Source: Akkermansiaceae bacterium (GTDB lineage Bacteria > Verrucomicrobiota > Verrucomicrobiia > Verrucomicrobiales > Akkermansiaceae). Taken from it: a DNA stretch of 64,000 bases. A program made the translations under genes and the position numbers. The notes below the pieces were generated by a model that ran no database searches, had not been told where the DNA came from, and saw only the letters and a program-made list of their open reading frames with translations. The stretch is taken from positions 96,001-160,000 of the forward strand of contig JBPOGF010000002.1 of assembly GCA_051251915.1 (NCBI GenBank). The letters run 5' to 3'. Positions 60,528 to 64,000 of the stretch are shown piece by piece; position 1 is the first letter of the stretch; each line of letters starts with the position of its first letter.

Positions 60528-60585
60528 AAAAGCCTGCTTGGATTTCTCCGAGCGGGCTTTTGTTTGAGTGGTTGTTATGTTGCTA
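60528..60585. terminator. Intrinsic terminator; diverged copy of the gltB 3' UTR/terminator
   Basis: aaaagcctgcttggatttctccgagcgggctttt..., near-identical to 63080-63135. Confidence 0.85.
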
Positions 60586-60822
60586 CTACTACTACTACTA
60601 CCTATGTCTTTTACCTATGTCTTTCGGTAAAGTACCTAACCTTACAGCGTAACATTTCAGTTTTGCTTAGCTTACCATTCCTCTCCAGAATCTTATTTCC
60701 TCAGCACGGCTAAACCCTCTTCGGCGCTGAGAACTGACTGCTAGGTATTTGCTTTTTTAGTTGTGTCCCTGTGGACGTTGTTGTGGTGATCGTATAGGGG
60801 TAGAAAGGGGGGGGGCTGGGAT

Positions 60823-62322
60823 TTATTTATTGAGGTTTCTTTTAAACTGTGAACGTTCTTTTTCTCCCAGTTTCTGAGTATATTCGAGATTAAATTTACC
60901 AAATCCAGGGGCGTCTTTGAATTTAGGGTTGGGACTAGGTATCTCAGCGTCCATCGCAGTTAGTTGTTGCTCTAGAGCTTCACTGAGTTGCTTCACCTGT
61001 TCAGGATGTGAGCTAGCGAGATCTTTGCGTTCTTCACGATCTGCTTTGATATTAAATAAGAGGTAAGCCCCTTTGGCATCGTTATAAAAACGGATTAGCT
61101 TCCAATCTCCATCGATGATGATGGAGTAAGGCCCAGTCGCATGGGTGTAGTGTGGGTGGTGAAAAACGAGTGGTCTTTGAGAGGGAGATTTACCCTCGGT
61201 TAAAAGAGGCATCAAATTAACCCCATCCACGTGTTGTTCAGGACGTAATGGTAGGCCTGCAGCGCTCAATAGAGTAGGGTAAAGGTCCATATTGATGACT
61301 CTTTCTGAAGTCGTTCCAGGTTTGATCTTGTCCTCCCATTTCACCACGAGTGGCACAGCGGTTCCTGCTTCAAATGGGAAAGATTTCCCTCCTAGGAGAG
61401 GATAGTTAGAAGTGACTTTTGGGGTTAAGCCTCCATTGTCTGAGGTGAAAATGATGAGCGTATTGTCGGTAAGCTTGAGTTTTTCTAAGGTCTCTAACAC
61501 TCTACCAACGCTATCATCGACCGATTCTACCATCGCTGCATAAGCGGGGTTATTTTGGTCATTACCCTTTTTCTTTCGGTATTTTGCGAGCTTTTCAGAT
61601 TTTGGTGAGAGGGGGGTGTGCACTAGATAATGAGAGAGCACCGTGAGCCATGGCTGGTCTTTCTTTTCGGTGATGAATTCAATGCATTGCTGAGTGATCG
61701 CATCGGCTACATATTCATCATCACGGACTCCATCCATGTTGGCGCCTACGTGCTTGAACATCTTCATCCAGTGACCGGATTTCGAGGTGCTGAGCGATCT
61801 TAAGCGATATCCTTTGGCTACATCGAAACCACGTTGGTCAGGATAATAGCCATCTACTTCACCAATATGCCACTTACCAAAGAACCCGGTGGAGTAACCT
61901 CCTTCGGATAGCGCTTTGGCAAAAATAACTTCCTTTTTAGGCAGGACTTGGCGGAATTTAGCTTCGAGCGTTTGGTCCTTACCCCCTTGATATTTACTTA
62001 CTGAATAGAGCTTTTCATTGGCTTGAGCCAGAGCTCCTATGACGGTAGTGACCTTAGTGCGTGCTGGGTTTTTTCCAGAGAAAAGAGCTCCACGTGATGG
62101 CTTGCAAGTGGGCGCTGCAGAATAGGCATCTTTAAAGATAACTCCCTGAGCTGCTAACCGATCAATATGAGGTGTTTCATAGTAGGTGCTGCCAGCAAAG
62201 CCGACATCCTTCCAGCCCATATCATCGATCAGGATGACTAATATATTTGGCTTCTCATTCGCCGAGACGGAGCTGAAGGAGAGGCCTGCTAGTAGGGTAA
62301 TGATGAAATGTTTGATGTGCAT
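60823..62322 (-). CDS. Sulfatase (Cys-type)
   Basis: PNILVILIDDMG, CKPSR, GKWHIG, SDNGG. Confidence 0.95.
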   Translation of the reverse strand: MHIKHFIITLLAGLSFSSVSANEKPNILVILIDDMGWKDVGFAGSTYYETPHIDRLAAQGVIFKDAYSAAPTCKPSRGALFSGKNPARTKVTTVIGALAQANEKLYSVSKYQGGKDQTLEAKFRQVLPKKEVIFAKALSEGGYSTGFFGKWHIGEVDGYYPDQRGFDVAKGYRLRSLSTSKSGHWMKMFKHVGANMDGVRDDEYVADAITQQCIEFITEKKDQPWLTVLSHYLVHTPLSPKSEKLAKYRKKKGNDQNNPAYAAMVESVDDSVGRVLETLEKLKLTDNTLIIFTSDNGGLTPKVTSNYPLLGGKSFPFEAGTAVPLVVKWEDKIKPGTTSERVINMDLYPTLLSAAGLPLRPEQHVDGVNLMPLLTEGKSPSQRPLVFHHPHYTHATGPYSIIIDGDWKLIRFYNDAKGAYLLFNIKADREERKDLASSHPEQVKQLSEALEQQLTAMDAEIPSPNPKFKDAPGFGKFNLEYTQKLGEKERSQFKRNLNK

Positions 62323-62350
62323 ACGTTATTTGTTAATCTTTGGTGATTTT

Positions 62351-63063
62351 TATGTGGCGAGGACGTCGTAATATTCTTGTTGGTTTTAACGGATGATGTC
62401 TTCTACTGGGAGGTAGGCAAGGGGGGCTTTCCAGTGGCTGAGTATGAGTGTCTGCCAGAGCCTGCCGATGCGTCCATTTCCATCGGTAAAGGGATGGATG
62501 AATTCCAGCTCGTAGTGGAAGATGCAACTGGCGATGAGTGGGTGGATGTCAGTTTGTTTTAGCCATGTTAGGAGGTCATTGACTAGTCCTGGGACGAGTG
62601 AGGCGGGTGGTGCTACGTGGACGATGGTTTCGCCTTTGGCTATGCCTACTCTGCCTGTGCGGAAAGTGCCTGGGTGATCTACTAAGCCGTCCATCATGAG
62701 GGAGTGGGCCTGGAGTAGGTGAGCTACACTGGTTGGGTTGAAATTTTCTAGGGCTTCGTAGGCTGTGAAGGCGTTTTTGACTTCTTGCACTTCCTTGAGT
62801 GGTCCTAGAACGCGTTTGCCATTGAATAGTGTGGTGACTTGGTTGAGGCTGAGTGAGTTGTTCTCTATGGCTAGGGATGCGTGGACGCTCTTGATCCTGT
62901 TTTCACGGCGAAGCTTTGGTGGGGTGGGGGGTGCTGTCACTGATGCCAAGGTACCCGATTGTCTCTGCGTCTGAGCGAGCAGGTCTAGAATGGTTGGGGT
63001 GATGGTGAAAGGCGGATTTTCCATGGCTTTATTTGAGGCTAATGTATTATTGCTTATCGCCAA
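62351..63063 (-). pseudogene. Fic family protein, truncated by a premature stop
   Basis: SLAIEN inhibitory motif and HPFTDGNGRIGR; TAA at 62386-62388 is followed in frame by NQQEYYDVLAT*; C-terminal region absent. Confidence 0.75.
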
Positions 63064-63079
63064 GAAAAATGGAGTGTGA

Positions 63080-63113
63080 AAAAGCCCGCTTGGATTTCTC
63101 CGAGCGGGCTTTG
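63080..63113 (-). terminator. Intrinsic terminator of gltB
   Basis: aaaagcccgcttgga-ttt-ctccgagcgggcttt hairpin about 27 bp after the gltB stop. Confidence 0.85.
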
Positions 63114-63139
63114 TTTTGAGTTGTTGTTGCTGCTAAAGC

Positions 63140-64000
63140 TTAGGCATTCGTCTTGGGGATGCTGGCTGCTTCGTGTTGTTCTTCGGCTTGTTCTAGGGCT
63201 GCCTTGGTTTTTGGGATGACGCGGATTAGCTTTTTGCAGGTTTTGTCCCAGTTGGCTAGGAGCTGTTTGGCTCTTGGGCTTCCGGTGAGGGCTGCGTGGT
63301 CTTCGATGAGGGCTTTGGCTTCTGCTTTGTCGATGTCTCGCTGAACTGGTAGGGCTGCTACCATTTCTGTGTTGATGCGGGACTGGAAGATGCCGTCTTC
63401 GTCGTAGACGTATGCGGTGCCTCCGGACATTCCTGCGCCGAAGTTTTGTCCGGTGGTTCCTAGGATGACGATGAGGCCGTTGGTCATGTATTCACAGCCG
63501 TGGTCTCCGCAGCCTTCTACGACTGCTTGTGCGCCTGAGAGTCTGACTCCGAAGCGTTCACCTGCGCGGCCGTTGATGAAGAGTCTGCCGCCGGTGGCTC
63601 CGTAGAGGCAGGTGTTGCCTACGATGGAGTTTTTGGCTGGGTCAAACTGGTGGACTGGGTGTGGCTTGACGGTGATGCGTCCGCCGGACATGCCTTTTCC
63701 TACGTAGTCGTTGGCTTCACCGATGACGTTGAGTTGGATGCCGTTGGTGAGGAATGTTCCGCAGGACTGGCCGGCGGAGCCTGTGAGGTTGAGGATGATG
63801 GAGCCGCATGGGAGTCCTTCTTTGCCGAAGGCTTCTGCGACGCGTCCTGAGAGGCGTGTTCCTAGGTTACGATTGGTGTTGATGACGCCGTAGTCTAGGG
63901 TGAGTGGTGCTCTGTCTGCGAGTCCGCTGAGGTCTTCTATTCCTTGCGTTTTCTTGATGTCTTCAAGGATTTGTAGGTCTAGTTCTGGGATGTGGTTGCC
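63140..64000 (-). CDS. gltB: Glutamate synthase large subunit, C-terminal part (runs off window end)
   Basis: NTNRNLGTRLSG, GSAGQSCG, GEANDYVGKGMSGG, GNTCLYGATGG, AGERFGVR, GDHGCEYMT, NFGAGMSGG. Confidence 0.97.
   Translation of the reverse strand, partial: GNHIPELDLQILEDIKKTQGIEDLSGLADRAPLTLDYGVINTNRNLGTRLSGRVAEAFGKEGLPCGSIILNLTGSAGQSCGTFLTNGIQLNVIGEANDYVGKGMSGGRITVKPHPVHQFDPAKNSIVGNTCLYGATGGRLFINGRAGERFGVRLSGAQAVVEGCGDHGCEYMTNGLIVILGTTGQNFGAGMSGGTAYVYDEDGIFQSRINTEMVAALPVQRDIDKAEAKALIEDHAALTGSPRAKQLLANWDKTCKKLIRVIPKTKAALEQAEEQHEAASIPKTNA

Noticed and set aside
60655..60745. Minus-strand fragments cgccgaagag...ctgagg...ttctggagag resembling a glycine riboswitch
   Set aside because: Aptamer stems could not be completed, and it lies downstream of a gene with nothing to regulate; better explained as a plain CTCAGC/GCTGAG hairpin. 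An Rfam scan would settle it.

Overview
Bacterial chromosomal window, most likely from a marine Verrucomicrobia (PVC) genome. This is an inference from three PEP-CTERM proteins, three sulfatases, a PVC-type heme/HEAT protein, DUF1080 and polysaccharide lyases. Core genes are mfd, tRNA-Glu(TTC), an rsmA-Nudix fusion, prfC, rlmF, an nfeD-floA operon and the 3' end of gltB. Between them lie accessory genes: a PIN/HTH_17 pair, an ApeA-like HEPN gene, a TetR-OMF-MFP-RND pump, acr3 with a CX5R phosphatase, a zeta-like pair, sulfatases, lyases, secreted peptidases and a truncated Fic gene. The most striking unexplained structure is that three accessory cassettes are each bracketed by diverged direct repeats of the neighbouring gene's 3' end: the last 30 codons of mfd, the last ~47 codons of an alginate-lyase-like gene, and the gltB 3' UTR/terminator. 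No integrase or transposase is recognisable in the window. Other candidates are a dense TTAGC/GCTAA motif array beside an uncharacterised winged-helix gene, a possible non-ArsC arsenate reductase, and a phosphodiesterase-TPR-sulfotransferase paired with a PEP-CTERM protein. All calls come from reading motifs by eye; no searches were run.
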